From Clostridia bacterium (GTDB lineage Bacteria; Bacillota; Clostridia; UMGS1883), in NCBI GenBank assembly GCA_017505525.1, contig JAFVPB010000044.1, forward strand, positions 12,662 through 76,661: a DNA stretch of 64,000 nt, in the 5' to 3' direction. Below, one piece after another: positions 27,282-37,414 of this stretch. The stretch's first letter is position 1; every line of letters begins with the position of its first letter. The notes below the pieces were generated by a model. The model was not told where the DNA came from. It was given only the letters and a program-made list of their open reading frames with translations, and did not search any database. Made by a program: the position numbers and the translations under genes.

Positions 27282-27776
27282 TTAATGCCAATTTAATATA
27301 GAATTAAATTTCATACTGTTCCCATGACAAATTGCAATAGCAAGTGCGTCGGCAACATCATCAGGTTTAGGAATCTCTTTAAGACCAAGCATGCTTTTCA
27401 TCATTTGTTGTATTTGCATCTTACTTGCTCTTCCATAGCCTGTAAGCGCTTGTTTAACCTGAAGAGGCGTATATTCATAAATTGGAATATTATGTTCTAC
27501 CGCTGAAAGTAAAACAACACCTCTCGCCTGCCCCACAGCAAGAGCAGTTTTTGCATTGTTGTTAAAAAACAATTCTTCTATGCTTAAAACATCAGGTTTG
27601 AATTTCTCTATTATAAGATTTATCTCATCGTATATAATTTTAATTCTGTTTTCAATAGGTGTGTGTGCCTGTGTGGTGATAGCATCATAATAAATTGTTT
27701 TATAAGCATTCCCCTCTTTATCCACAACACCGTAACCAACAATTGCAAGACCTGGGTCAATACCTAAAATCCGCAT
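27282..27776 (-). CDS. ruvC: crossover junction endodeoxyribonuclease RuvC
   Basis: MRILGIDPGLAIVGYGV and the catalytic acidic residues in conserved positions. Confidence 0.9.
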   Translation of the reverse strand: MRILGIDPGLAIVGYGVVDKEGNAYKTIYYDAITTQAHTPIENRIKIIYDEINLIIEKFKPDVLSIEELFFNNNAKTALAVGQARGVVLLSAVEHNIPIYEYTPLQVKQALTGYGRASKMQIQQMMKSMLGLKEIPKPDDVADALAIAICHGNSMKFNSILNWH

Positions 27777-29002
27777 TATTCTGCCTTCTTTCTGATCATT
27801 GCATCTTTAGCTATTGGAATATCGCTTTCGATATAAGCTGTCATTGCAGCATGATTAGCAACATCAATATCATTCATATTCTCGTCTTTAAGTACCGTTA
27901 TTTTCATTTTAGTATTTTCTTTCATCGGCTGAATGATTTCTACTTCATCACCTTTAAAGAAACGATTGCGCTGCGTAAGTTTGCACAACTTGGTTTTTTC
28001 GTCGTAATCTAAAACAATTCCAACTATATCGTAATTTCTTATATAGGAGCTTGTCCCGTAAATTTGAGCTCCTGTATCGGGAATACCAAAGAAAAAGCCT
28101 GTGTAATAATCTCTATGGCTTACTTTTTTAACTTCTTCAAGCCATTCAGGATTAAATTTATAATTTACGGGGTCAGCATAGTATGCATCAATTGCTTTTC
28201 TGTATGCCGCAACAATTGTTGCAACATAGTATTCACTTTTTACTCTTCCCTCAATTTTTAAGGAGCTTATACCACTTCCAATAAGCTCGGGAATGTGCTC
28301 AATCATACATAAATCTTTAGAGTTCATTATAAATGTTCCGCGTTCGTTTTCGAATACATTCATATATTCGCCGGGGCGTTTTTCTTCAACTAAAGAGTAT
28401 TGCCATCTGCAGGGATGGCTGCAAGCACCGTAGTTGCTGTCGCGAGCCGTCATATAATTACTTAAAAGGCATCTTCCTGAATAGGAAACACACATTGCAC
28501 CATGCACAAAAGCTTCAATTTCACATTTTGGTGAAATATTATCGCGAATTTCACGCACTTCGTTAAGCGTCATTTCGCGCGCAAGAACAACACGGGCGGC
28601 ACCCATTTCATGCCAGGACTGTACTGTTGCGTAATTTGTATTGTTAGCTTGTGTGCTAATATGAATTTCTAAATCAGGTGCTGCCTTACGGCATATGTTA
28701 AATGCACCTAAATCCGAAATTAGTACCGCATCTGCGCCAAGCTCATATATTTCTTTAAAATATTCTTCCATTTGTGCTAAATCGCGGTTGTGCGGAATAA
28801 TATTTGCAGTAATATAAACTTTTTTCCCAAGTGAATGAGCATAGTCTATTCCCTCAGCCATTTCTTCTTTTGTGAAATTATCCGCTGCAACACGCAAAGA
28901 AAAAGCTTCTCCGCCTATGTAGACTGCATCTGCGCCATATTTTAATGCTATTTTTAATTTATATAAATTACCTGCAGGTGCTAAAAGTTCCACCTTATTC
29001 AT
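27776..29002 (-). CDS. U32-family peptidase-like protein (tRNA U34 hydroxylation factor TrhP-type)
   Basis: N-terminal ELLAPAGN...GADAVYIGG...SLR matches the U32 consensus. It is adjacent to an O-methyltransferase, as in B. subtilis yrrMNO. Confidence 0.8.
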   Translation of the reverse strand: MNKVELLAPAGNLYKLKIALKYGADAVYIGGEAFSLRVAADNFTKEEMAEGIDYAHSLGKKVYITANIIPHNRDLAQMEEYFKEIYELGADAVLISDLGAFNICRKAAPDLEIHISTQANNTNYATVQSWHEMGAARVVLAREMTLNEVREIRDNISPKCEIEAFVHGAMCVSYSGRCLLSNYMTARDSNYGACSHPCRWQYSLVEEKRPGEYMNVFENERGTFIMNSKDLCMIEHIPELIGSGISSLKIEGRVKSEYYVATIVAAYRKAIDAYYADPVNYKFNPEWLEEVKKVSHRDYYTGFFFGIPDTGAQIYGTSSYIRNYDIVGIVLDYDEKTKLCKLTQRNRFFKGDEVEIIQPMKENTKMKITVLKDENMNDIDVANHAAMTAYIESDIPIAKDAMIRKKAE

Positions 29003-29012
29003 ATTATCCCCC

Positions 29013-29642
29013 TTATTTCTTCACAGATATTGCAACTCCATCTCCTATTGGAATAATCGAAGTAGTTAGATTTTCATTACTCATTATTTCTTCAAGATAC
29101 ATTTTAAGTCGCTTTACTATGGTAATTTTGCGCCTGATAACCTTGTCTTCATCTTCAAGCATTCCTTTAAAAAGAATATTATCGGAAAAGAGTACTCCTC
29201 CGTTTTCAAGAAGCCTTAAAATATCAGGCAAAAATTCTATGTATTGCCCCTTTGCTGCATCAAGAAAAACAAAGTCAAATGTGCCATCAAGCCAGTGCAG
29301 GACTTCTGCAGCCTCTCCTTCTATCAGGCGTATTTTCCCCTCGTACCCTGCTTTAAAAATGTTATCTACAGCAATGTCAGCGTGTTTTTTATAGCGTTCT
29401 ACTGTAATGATGCTGCTTTCTTCCGGCAGATTATCTGCCATTAAAATAGCACTGTAGCCCACAGCAGTCCCAATTTCAAGCACTCTGCGAGGTTTTTTTA
29501 ATCTAAGCATTGTAATTAAAAGCTGTTCTGTCTGCTTTTGTACAATAGGAGCATAGCTTTCTTCCAAAGCAGATACTCTTCTTAATTCGGTTAGAAATTC
29601 ACCTTTTTGAGGCACAAGCGAATCTAAATATTCCTGTTCCAT
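29013..29642 (-). CDS. class I SAM-dependent O-methyltransferase (TrmR/YrrM-like, caffeoyl-CoA OMT fold)
   Basis: VLEIGTAVGYS motif I and a D-A-K metal/SAM site. It is paired with the U32 gene. Confidence 0.8.
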   Translation of the reverse strand: MEQEYLDSLVPQKGEFLTELRRVSALEESYAPIVQKQTEQLLITMLRLKKPRRVLEIGTAVGYSAILMADNLPEESSIITVERYKKHADIAVDNIFKAGYEGKIRLIEGEAAEVLHWLDGTFDFVFLDAAKGQYIEFLPDILRLLENGGVLFSDNILFKGMLEDEDKVIRRKITIVKRLKMYLEEIMSNENLTTSIIPIGDGVAISVKK

Positions 29643-29650
29643 AACTCACC

Positions 29651-30187
29651 TTAATACTGAATCTCTTTTTTTATTTTATCGGCAATTTCTTTGCCTTTAA
29701 TAGAAGCAACTATTTCAAATGCAAATTTGAAAGCTGAACCCATGCCATTAGATGTGATTACATTGCCATCTTTAACCACAGCTTCTTTAATATATTCTGC
29801 ATTATCAAAATACTCTTCAAATCCCGGATAGCAAGTAGCTTTTTTATTTTTTAATACACCCATTTTTCCAAGAATCATAGGTGCTGCACATATCGCGCAT
29901 ATGATTTTACCGTCGTTAAATGCTTTATTAACAGAGCTTTTAACAAAATCTGAAGAATCAAGATTTTGTGTACCTTTAAGTCCGCCAGGCAGAATGATTG
30001 CCTCTACCTCTTTTTCATTGAAATCTTCAATATTCTTATCTGCTTCAACACAAATACTATGCGCTCCACAAACTTTCTTTCCTGTTATACCAATGCTTTG
30101 CACATCAATATCGGCACGTCTGAGCACATCTATAGGAGTTAATGCCTCTATTTCTTCAAATCCATCTGCTAAAAATACGTAAACCAT
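29651..30187 (-). CDS. DJ-1/PfpI (ThiJ) family protein
   Basis: Nucleophile elbow AICAAP and the ILPGG motif. Confidence 0.8.
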   Translation of the reverse strand: MVYVFLADGFEEIEALTPIDVLRRADIDVQSIGITGKKVCGAHSICVEADKNIEDFNEKEVEAIILPGGLKGTQNLDSSDFVKSSVNKAFNDGKIICAICAAPMILGKMGVLKNKKATCYPGFEEYFDNAEYIKEAVVKDGNVITSNGMGSAFKFAFEIVASIKGKEIADKIKKEIQY

Positions 30188-30199
30188 AACAATTCCTTT

Positions 30200-31084
30200 C
30201 TATTTTTCTTCAATTATAAATTTTTCAACAAGCATCTCGGGTTTATAGCTAAGTTTTGCTTTTCTTAATCCCTCGATACCCATATCTTCTTCACGATTAA
30301 CATACTTCAAATCTGCCCATTCTTTTTCGCAAAACAGTTTATTTATAGCTTGATATGCTCCACGGAAATTATCATCAGCAAGCTCTATTTGAATAAGGGC
30401 CATATTATCATTAAGTTTTTCCCCAAAAGTCATTGCAGCAATCTCATTATCAATCATTAACACTGCACCTTTTTGAGATAAATCAAAATAATTATTAAAA
30501 TAGCGCTTCATTGCACCAAGCTCGAATGAATTGGTGTTTTTTTCTTTTTTATTTACAAGTTCGTATGCTTTATCAGCGCACATATAAAGAAGCTCTTTTG
30601 TTTCAACAGGTTTATACTCAAAATTATAATTCTGCAAAAAATAATTCAAATGATTTTTCTTAGAGTGAAGTTTTTTTCCTGAAAGACTAATCATTTTTTC
30701 AGTAAGATAAACATAGTCAGCACAGTTTCTGTTGCTTGTAAAAGAAAATTTATCAGGAAAAAGTTCATTAAGTTTATTTTTATTTTCCTCGCTGACAAGC
30801 ATAAATTTCAGCTTTTCATTTCTTGCCCGGGAATACTCTTCAAGCTTTTCAATTGCAATTTTTAAATTTCCATTTCCTATAGGAAAAAAATATGCAGGCG
30901 CTTTTCCTTTTATATTAAATCGTATATAGAAAAATTCTTCATCTTGTGCAGTTTCGAGATGATAATATTCATTCCATATAAACATAGTAGCAAAAACGCC
31001 CTCCGACCCATTTGTAGGGTCGAGCACTCTGAAGCGATCGTATGAACTTTTATCACTTATACTTATACTCTTAAAATCAAGCAT
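30200..31084 (-). CDS. DUF2156-domain protein (MprF C-terminal lysyl-PG synthase-like fold)
   Basis: 294 aa. The C-terminal REEDMGIEGLRKAKLSYKPEMLVEKF resembles the family's conserved end. Assignment is from memory and tentative. Confidence 0.45.
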   Translation of the reverse strand: MLDFKSISISDKSSYDRFRVLDPTNGSEGVFATMFIWNEYYHLETAQDEEFFYIRFNIKGKAPAYFFPIGNGNLKIAIEKLEEYSRARNEKLKFMLVSEENKNKLNELFPDKFSFTSNRNCADYVYLTEKMISLSGKKLHSKKNHLNYFLQNYNFEYKPVETKELLYMCADKAYELVNKKEKNTNSFELGAMKRYFNNYFDLSQKGAVLMIDNEIAAMTFGEKLNDNMALIQIELADDNFRGAYQAINKLFCEKEWADLKYVNREEDMGIEGLRKAKLSYKPEMLVEKFIIEEK

Positions 31085-31104
31085 AAAAACGAAACATCCT
31101 TTTT

Positions 31105-31839
31105 TTAATCTTTATAGCTTCTGCCTTTAAAAAGAACTTTAAGACCAAACTTGGGAAGTGCAAGCATTCTTACAAAGCGCGATGGTTGCTTCATAAGTCT
31201 GTAAAACCATTCAAGACCATGCTTACAGTAAAATTCTGGGGCACGCATAACATTTCCTGCAAAAACATCAATGCAACCTCCTGCCCCAATCATAAGTTTT
31301 GCATTTAGCACATCTTTATACTTGTAGATCCACTTTTCCTGCTTGGGAAAGCCTAAACATACCATAAGAAAATCAGGTGCCGCTTCGTTAATTTTTGCGA
31401 TAATTTTCTCATCATCTTCATCTTTAAAATAGCCATCGTTGGTTCCGGCAATAACAAGGCCATTGTATTTTTCTTTAAGCTTTTCTGCAGCAGTGTCTGC
31501 TACGCCAGGCTTTGCACCAAATAAGAAAACGCTTTTCCCTGCTTGCGCCATTTTTTCAAAAAGTAAACACACAAGGTCAAACCCGGCAACTCTTTCAGGA
31601 AGAGGTTGTCCTAAAATTTTAGAGCCGTAAACAACTCCTATTCCATCAGGAATGATTAAATCAGCACTATTTATAATCTCTGTAAATTCGCTATCATTTG
31701 ATGCCGCAAGTATTATTTCTGAATTGGGGGTATATATTACGTTTTTATTATCATCACATAGATAGTTAAATGCAGTTTCCACAGCTTCGTTCATTGTAAT
31801 GTTATTAACCTTTACACCCAGAATATTAATTGATTTCAT
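31105..31839 (-). CDS. tagA: WecB/TagA/CpsF family glycosyltransferase (N-acetylmannosaminyltransferase-like)
   Basis: 244 aa with the conserved ...IIPDGIGVV..., GFPKQE and WFYRL motifs. Confidence 0.8.
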   Translation of the reverse strand: MKSINILGVKVNNITMNEAVETAFNYLCDDNKNVIYTPNSEIILAASNDSEFTEIINSADLIIPDGIGVVYGSKILGQPLPERVAGFDLVCLLFEKMAQAGKSVFLFGAKPGVADTAAEKLKEKYNGLVIAGTNDGYFKDEDDEKIIAKINEAAPDFLMVCLGFPKQEKWIYKYKDVLNAKLMIGAGGCIDVFAGNVMRAPEFYCKHGLEWFYRLMKQPSRFVRMLALPKFGLKVLFKGRSYKD

Positions 31840-31849
31840 ATCCTTCTCC

Positions 31850-32737
31850 TTATTCTATCTCTAATCTTTTATCGTTTAAAATCATATAACTGTTAAGCGG
31901 AACTTCTAATATTTTACAAAACTTCATACACTTACACATAAACAAATAGAAAATGTTCTTCTTACAACCAATAAGTGTTTCAAAATTCCCCATTCCTTTT
32001 GAAATAATCAAATCAGCACTTTCTATTGCTTCGAGGCATTGTTTGCTTATACGGTTAAGATTAGTTCCTGCAATAGCAGTTCCGTTATCTATTACTTTAA
32101 CAATATCGCAAAGATTTACTTCCTTTGCATCTTCAAGGGTAACATCATTTAAAACATCTTCCCCACGGACAATAACAGTAATCTCTATGTGTGGATATAA
32201 CTCTTTAATGCATTTAATCAGAATCTTATCAAAAACAATCTCTCCGCAGTTGTCTGCTAAATATGTAATTTTTTTGGCTTGTTTTAATTCGTTTTTCAAA
32301 CTATTAAATTCCGCCATATCAAAATTAACATTATCAACATTATCGATTAACTTTTTCAGTTCATCATCTTTTAAATTGGAATTTGCGCCAAAATCGATAA
32401 AGTTTCCTATTAATGCATAGCGAACTGCAGTATATAATTTATCGGTACTACAATTAATTTTTTGTTGAATTTCTGCTTCATATTCTAATATCATTCTATT
32501 ATAATAAGATTTGATTTTCTTGCAGTCGAAAGTAAATATATTAAAATCTTTTTGAAGCTTGTTAATTTTTTCAACAACATCAGGTGCTGAGGATGATTTT
32601 GGGGATTCTGTTATAATTTTTAAAAGCTCTCTTACATATAAGGTTTTATCTTCGTCAGTTGCTTCTGCTTCGTCGATTTTCAAATTTCTTGTTATCAAAC
32701 ATCTTATACACTGATAATCTAAGTATGGTTTTTTCAT
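31850..32737 (-). CDS. DUF89/ARMT1-like damage-control phosphatase family protein (tentative)
   Basis: 295 aa. N-terminal CIRC...C and a C-terminal KGMGNFE-like motif. Tentative, from memory. Confidence 0.4.
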   Translation of the reverse strand: MKKPYLDYQCIRCLITRNLKIDEAEATDEDKTLYVRELLKIITESPKSSSAPDVVEKINKLQKDFNIFTFDCKKIKSYYNRMILEYEAEIQQKINCSTDKLYTAVRYALIGNFIDFGANSNLKDDELKKLIDNVDNVNFDMAEFNSLKNELKQAKKITYLADNCGEIVFDKILIKCIKELYPHIEITVIVRGEDVLNDVTLEDAKEVNLCDIVKVIDNGTAIAGTNLNRISKQCLEAIESADLIISKGMGNFETLIGCKKNIFYLFMCKCMKFCKILEVPLNSYMILNDKRLEIE

Positions 32738-32754
32738 ATAAACCCCTGTCTTTA

Positions 32755-34029
32755 TTATAAAATAAGTGTTGCTCTGTTATTCTTTATTTTAAATTTGCTT
32801 CCATAAGGTTTAGACATTTCTACGTATCTTTCTAATATTGCGCTGTTTCCTTCTCTGGGAAGACCTATTTTAGAATGACTCATCCCAAGACCTAACTCGA
32901 TAGGCATAAGCTCAAGACTTTTAAGCTTTCCGTCTTCCATTTCAAAACACGGAATAACAGCTTCCATCATAATCTGCTGCCTTTGAAGCCCACAAGTAAA
33001 GTTACGCGTTCTCGCTTTAAAAAGTTCATACATCGAACTGTCGCTTGTTAAATCAAATTTAGAATAAAAATCTTCAGGTGCAAGCTCGCAGTTTTCAAGC
33101 TGAAGAAGGAAATCACCCAACGAATAAAATATCGGACGTTCCTTATAAAGCTCAAAAGGTCTGATAAGATGCGGTCCGTGACCAATTACAGCATGAGCAC
33201 CGCAATCAATACATTTTCTTGCAAAGTCCTCAACATATTTTGCAGGCAAATCAATATTTTCAAAGTGCCTGTCATGGCTATGAAATGAAATTATAACATA
33301 ATCAGCAAAAAAGGCTGCTTCTTCAATAGCTCTTTCAATTCTTGCCATATCTGATTTATTAATTTCTCCCTTTAAGCCCGGCGTATTTCCCACCTCAAAA
33401 TGCATCTTTTCTAAATCAAATTTTCCATCTTCCAAAGGAGGAAGGTATCCTGATTTAATATCGGCATCTCTTGAAATATTTATCCCTGTTTTTGCAGCAA
33501 TCTTTTCAAGTGCTTTAATATCTTCATCCTCGACAACAAGAGTTGTTTCAATTCTTAATCCGTTAACACCGGGTCTGCCCGGAAGAAGTCTTGATTGTTC
33601 TCCCGCAAGTGCACCGGGAGCAAAATTCATACTGCAAGCAATTAAGGCAACTCTGCCCTCTTTTAAATCAAGATATTTGGGAGAAGAGGCCTCTCTTAAG
33701 TTTCTTCCAACCCCAGCATGAACATACTCTGTATTATCAAGATTTTCAAGTGTTTGTAAAAGGCCGTTATGACCGTAATCAAGGCAATGGTTGTTTGCAA
33801 AGGATGTTAAATTAAATCCGAAACGACAAAGGGAATCAAGAACTTTTTTATCAGTTCTGAGCCATGTGCCTCCGCTGAAAAATCCGGCATAACAATCTTT
33901 ATTCACTGTAACCTCAAGGTTAAAGAACTTTGCATCTCCCTGTGATATAAATTCTCTGACAGGTTCCATGCCATTATATTCTGTGAGAACTCTCTGTATA
34001 GCGGTATCTCCTACTGCAGTAAATTTCAT
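32755..34029 (-). CDS. CapA-family metallophosphoesterase (poly-gamma-glutamate metabolism type)
   Basis: 424 aa. NLEVTV, ANNHCLDYG and GHGPH calcineurin-like motifs. Confidence 0.75.
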   Translation of the reverse strand: MKFTAVGDTAIQRVLTEYNGMEPVREFISQGDAKFFNLEVTVNKDCYAGFFSGGTWLRTDKKVLDSLCRFGFNLTSFANNHCLDYGHNGLLQTLENLDNTEYVHAGVGRNLREASSPKYLDLKEGRVALIACSMNFAPGALAGEQSRLLPGRPGVNGLRIETTLVVEDEDIKALEKIAAKTGINISRDADIKSGYLPPLEDGKFDLEKMHFEVGNTPGLKGEINKSDMARIERAIEEAAFFADYVIISFHSHDRHFENIDLPAKYVEDFARKCIDCGAHAVIGHGPHLIRPFELYKERPIFYSLGDFLLQLENCELAPEDFYSKFDLTSDSSMYELFKARTRNFTCGLQRQQIMMEAVIPCFEMEDGKLKSLELMPIELGLGMSHSKIGLPREGNSAILERYVEMSKPYGSKFKIKNNRATLIL

Positions 34030-35159
34030 AATAATCCACCCTCTTCAAGTATAAGTTCCATTGTAATTTTAAGCCCTGTTTTAAGGCTACTTTTTTCAAT
34101 CCATTCCCCTGTGGTATGAATTCCTCCCCAATTACAGTTCGAAAGAGCAACCGCCGGAATCCCTAGTGAATGAGGAATATTACAATCAGTTGAGCCTGAA
34201 TCTAATTCAACTGCGCAGTTTGTGTGTTTTGATTGTATTCTGATGGCCTTTTTCGTGATTTTTTCAAGTGTATCCATATCCATCGAATTACTCATACACG
34301 GGCGGTCCCCAACAAGTTCAACCTTTAATTCAATACATAGTTGTTCTGCATTTTTAAATATATTTTCAAATTTATTTTTCATTTCAGCAAGACAATCAAC
34401 ATTATCTGAACGATATTCACAAAGCATTGATGCAGATTGCGCTATAGTGTTAACACTTGTACCGCCGCTGATAATTCCAACATTGTATGTAGTTTTTGAA
34501 TTTCCGATTTTTGGAACTTCGATTGAATAAATATCATTAATAATTCTTGCAAGAACAGATATAGCATTTCTGTTTCCAAACATACCAAATGAATGTCCGC
34601 CCTCTGTAATTGCGGTTACTTCGTAACGATGCGACCCAACACTCTTGTTAACTATCTTTTTAAAAGAAGAATCAAAACTATACATACGGTCTATTCTGTT
34701 GCCATAATCTTTGAATATTTTTCTTGTTCCTTTAAGGTTGCCAAGTCCTTCTTCACAGGAATTTGCAACAAACATTATCTTTTTCTTAGGAACAATATTA
34801 TTTTGTGCCATATATTTTACACAACAAAGCATAACCGCAAGGCTTCCTGTATCATCGCCTGCCCCGGGGCATTTTATAATATCGTCTTCAACTATGTAAT
34901 TCAGCGGAGTTTCCATTGGGAAAACCGTATCAGAGTGCGCTTCAAACAGTGCGATTTTTTCGCTTTCTTCTCCAAGTGTGCACACAACATTCTTCGCTTT
35001 ATCTATATAGGCATTGTTTATTCCGGCATCTTTTAAATAATTTAAAATATATTCCGCTCTTTTGTCTTCAAAGTGTGATGGTGCAGGTATCACACATAAT
35101 TCCTTGTGAAGTAAGCACACCTCATCAAATAAGCTGTTTGAAAATTCCTCTAAATTCAT
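34026..35159 (-). CDS. M20-family metallopeptidase/deacylase (ArgE/DapE/PepT-like)
   Basis: HSDTV, GAGDD and E-E metal-site motifs. Overlaps the CapA gene by 4 nt. Confidence 0.8.
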   Translation of the reverse strand: MNLEEFSNSLFDEVCLLHKELCVIPAPSHFEDKRAEYILNYLKDAGINNAYIDKAKNVVCTLGEESEKIALFEAHSDTVFPMETPLNYIVEDDIIKCPGAGDDTGSLAVMLCCVKYMAQNNIVPKKKIMFVANSCEEGLGNLKGTRKIFKDYGNRIDRMYSFDSSFKKIVNKSVGSHRYEVTAITEGGHSFGMFGNRNAISVLARIINDIYSIEVPKIGNSKTTYNVGIISGGTSVNTIAQSASMLCEYRSDNVDCLAEMKNKFENIFKNAEQLCIELKVELVGDRPCMSNSMDMDTLEKITKKAIRIQSKHTNCAVELDSGSTDCNIPHSLGIPAVALSNCNWGGIHTTGEWIEKSSLKTGLKITMELILEEGGLL

Positions 35160-35192
35160 AATAAAGCATCTCCTTAATCTCTTTTTTCTGTT

Positions 35193-35984
35193 CTATAAGC
35201 CAAGAAGCTTAATTGCATTCTTTGAATAAATATTTGCGAGCTCTGTTTCACTAAGTTCCAAAGTCTCCAACAGTCTTCTTTCCCTGTTTGCAGTACTCCA
35301 CGGTGCATCAGTGCCAAAAAGAATTTTATCTGTTCCGTGTTTATCTATTATTCTTTGTGCAACACTTTTAGGCATATGGCTGTAACCAAATGAGGTATCG
35401 AAATAAATATCTTTGCCGCATAATTTTTCAATAACCTCTTCTCCGCATCCCGATGCGCCCCAATGCGCCGCAACAACAGGAGTATCGAGCCATTTTAATG
35501 CATTTAAAAGATTATCGGGCATACAGTGAAACGGCATTTGATATGCACAATCGAAACCCGAATGAAAAACAAGTATTAGACCTAACTGTGATATTTTTTT
35601 ATATATTGGCTTCATCATCTCGTCGTCAACGAAAAAGTTCTGATACTCAGGATGAAGCTTTATTCCTTTTAATCCGAGTGATTTGATGCGCTCAATCTCG
35701 TAAATAGCATTTTCTGCTTTTGGATAAATAGAGCCAAAAGCTATGATATTCTCACGTTTATTTATTTCTGCTGCAAAATTATTAACGTTTTTCTGTTGTT
35801 TTTCATTTGTCGCAATATTTAATACAACACATTTATCTGTACCTTGCTTTTCAGATACTGAAATCAGGCTATCAACTGTACCATCTGTATAGTATTTAAG
35901 CCCTCCCGATACGAAAGATAAATTATCCAAAGCTCTGCTTGCAATTTTTTCAGGGAAACAATGGGTGTGAAAATCGATGGTCAT
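35193..35984 (-). CDS. amidohydrolase-2 (TIM-barrel metal hydrolase) family protein
   Basis: N-terminal IDFHTHCFP, then later His and Asp ligands. Confidence 0.7.
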   Translation of the reverse strand: MTIDFHTHCFPEKIASRALDNLSFVSGGLKYYTDGTVDSLISVSEKQGTDKCVVLNIATNEKQQKNVNNFAAEINKRENIIAFGSIYPKAENAIYEIERIKSLGLKGIKLHPEYQNFFVDDEMMKPIYKKISQLGLILVFHSGFDCAYQMPFHCMPDNLLNALKWLDTPVVAAHWGASGCGEEVIEKLCGKDIYFDTSFGYSHMPKSVAQRIIDKHGTDKILFGTDAPWSTANRERRLLETLELSETELANIYSKNAIKLLGL

Positions 35985-36173
35985 ATAATATACTCTCCAG
36001 TGTAGTTAATTTGATATGATTTATTATAAAACCAATATATTTTTATATACTGATTTCAACTGACATTCTATGCCTATTCTAATCCAATCTAATTTATTAT
36101 ACCACAAATTGTAGAGTAAATCAACAAAAAAGAGACAATATATTGCCTCTTTAATGATTTTTTTTATGTTAAT

Positions 36174-37145
36174 TCAATTTTGAAAAGATATTTCCTTGTC
36201 TTTTATCAATTCGTACGTAATAAGCTCTTTTGAATCAAGGTTTTCTTTATAAATGTTTACCGCATTGATTGCGCTGTTATTATACGTTGTATAATAATAT
36301 ATTCCTCTTTTTGTGTTGCAACATGAAGAATAATGCGTCATTTCACACTTATCTCCTACCATCGCTCCGCCTTTTATCTGATAAACTGAATATAGCAGAC
36401 GGAAAAATTGCGACACTATCTCTTCTTCTTTATTCCCCCACTGTGAATTGAGTTTGAAAAAGCTTGCTCTAACAAAGCGCGACATTGATGATAAGTCGCC
36501 AGGAAGACCGATCGCTCCCATTCCCCTACTATACTTTATAAGCTCAACATTATTAGAAAATAAGTTTTCAGGCTCTTTTTGACTTACAGACATATAGTTA
36601 TTCAGATTAAATAATTGATAATCAAATTCAGGATTATTTGTTAAAACACCTATTTCGTTTTTATGCACTTTAACACCGTCTGCCGTTTGTTCCAGAACAA
36701 TGCTTGAAACATTATCTGAAATAATCCAGTGTAGCGGTGTAGGTTTCAACTTATCACTAAATGCATCATCTGTTATATTTATTTCTGAAAAGACGGCTTC
36801 CGCCTCTATCACATTGGCACATTTTGATAAAATATATGGTATAAGTTCAAATGAAGCGATATTCTGCTTTCCTTTAATCGGCTTATTATAAAAAGCATTT
36901 CCCGGGAAATTTAAGCCTGCCATTGCCAATCCTTTTTCGTTAAATGCGTCAAAATATAAAGGATAATCTTTTTCGACAAGCGACATACCGATTATGGTAA
37001 AGTGATTTGTAAGGCTTTCTCCGTTTTTAAACGAAAAAACATAATTTCGTGGAGTTATTGTGATTCTCTCTCCGAAATCATATTCAAAATCAAGATTCCT
37101 ACCAAAATACAAGCCATTAACATTTGCTGCAATTGCTGTACACAT
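36174..37145 (-). CDS. choloylglycine hydrolase / linear amide C-N hydrolase (Ntn hydrolase, bile-salt-hydrolase family)
   Basis: MCTAIA with catalytic Cys2, and family-typical R, D, N and R positions. Confidence 0.85.
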   Translation of the reverse strand: MCTAIAANVNGLYFGRNLDFEYDFGERITITPRNYVFSFKNGESLTNHFTIIGMSLVEKDYPLYFDAFNEKGLAMAGLNFPGNAFYNKPIKGKQNIASFELIPYILSKCANVIEAEAVFSEINITDDAFSDKLKPTPLHWIISDNVSSIVLEQTADGVKVHKNEIGVLTNNPEFDYQLFNLNNYMSVSQKEPENLFSNNVELIKYSRGMGAIGLPGDLSSMSRFVRASFFKLNSQWGNKEEEIVSQFFRLLYSVYQIKGGAMVGDKCEMTHYSSCCNTKRGIYYYTTYNNSAINAVNIYKENLDSKELITYELIKDKEISFQN

Positions 37146-37204
37146 ATATTTTCTCCTTTTTTGTTAATTTGTGCAATTAGTAATATTTTATCCAAACAAA
37201 AAAA

Positions 37205-37224
37205 CTAAGCAAAAAATTGCTTAG
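37205..37224. terminator. bidirectional terminator hairpin ctaagcaaaaaattgcttag flanked by A6/T6
   Basis: Perfect 6-bp stem flanked by aaaaaa at 37199-37204 and tttttt at 37225-37230. Confidence 0.7.
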
Positions 37225-37388
37225 TTTTTTAAGATAATATCATCTATTTGAATTGCACGGCTATCTGCATTTAGTCCAATACATTTACCGCAGTTATCAC
37301 ATATTTTATTATCATCAACGTCGCAACGATTACATTCTCCGCAATCGTTACAAAGCTTTTTAACATCGAGCACACACATTTTATTCAT
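37221..37388 (-). CDS. unannotated small Cys-rich protein (55 aa, 9 Cys; CxxCxxC...CxxCxxC)
   Basis: MNKMCVLDVKKLCNDCGECNRCDVDDNKICDNCGKCIGLNADSRAIQIDDIILKN. RBS TAGGAGATG upstream. The stop lies inside the terminator hairpin. Confidence 0.35.
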   Translation of the reverse strand: MNKMCVLDVKKLCNDCGECNRCDVDDNKICDNCGKCIGLNADSRAIQIDDIILKN

Positions 37389-37414
37389 AATAACATCTCC
37401 TATAAAAGCAGCTT

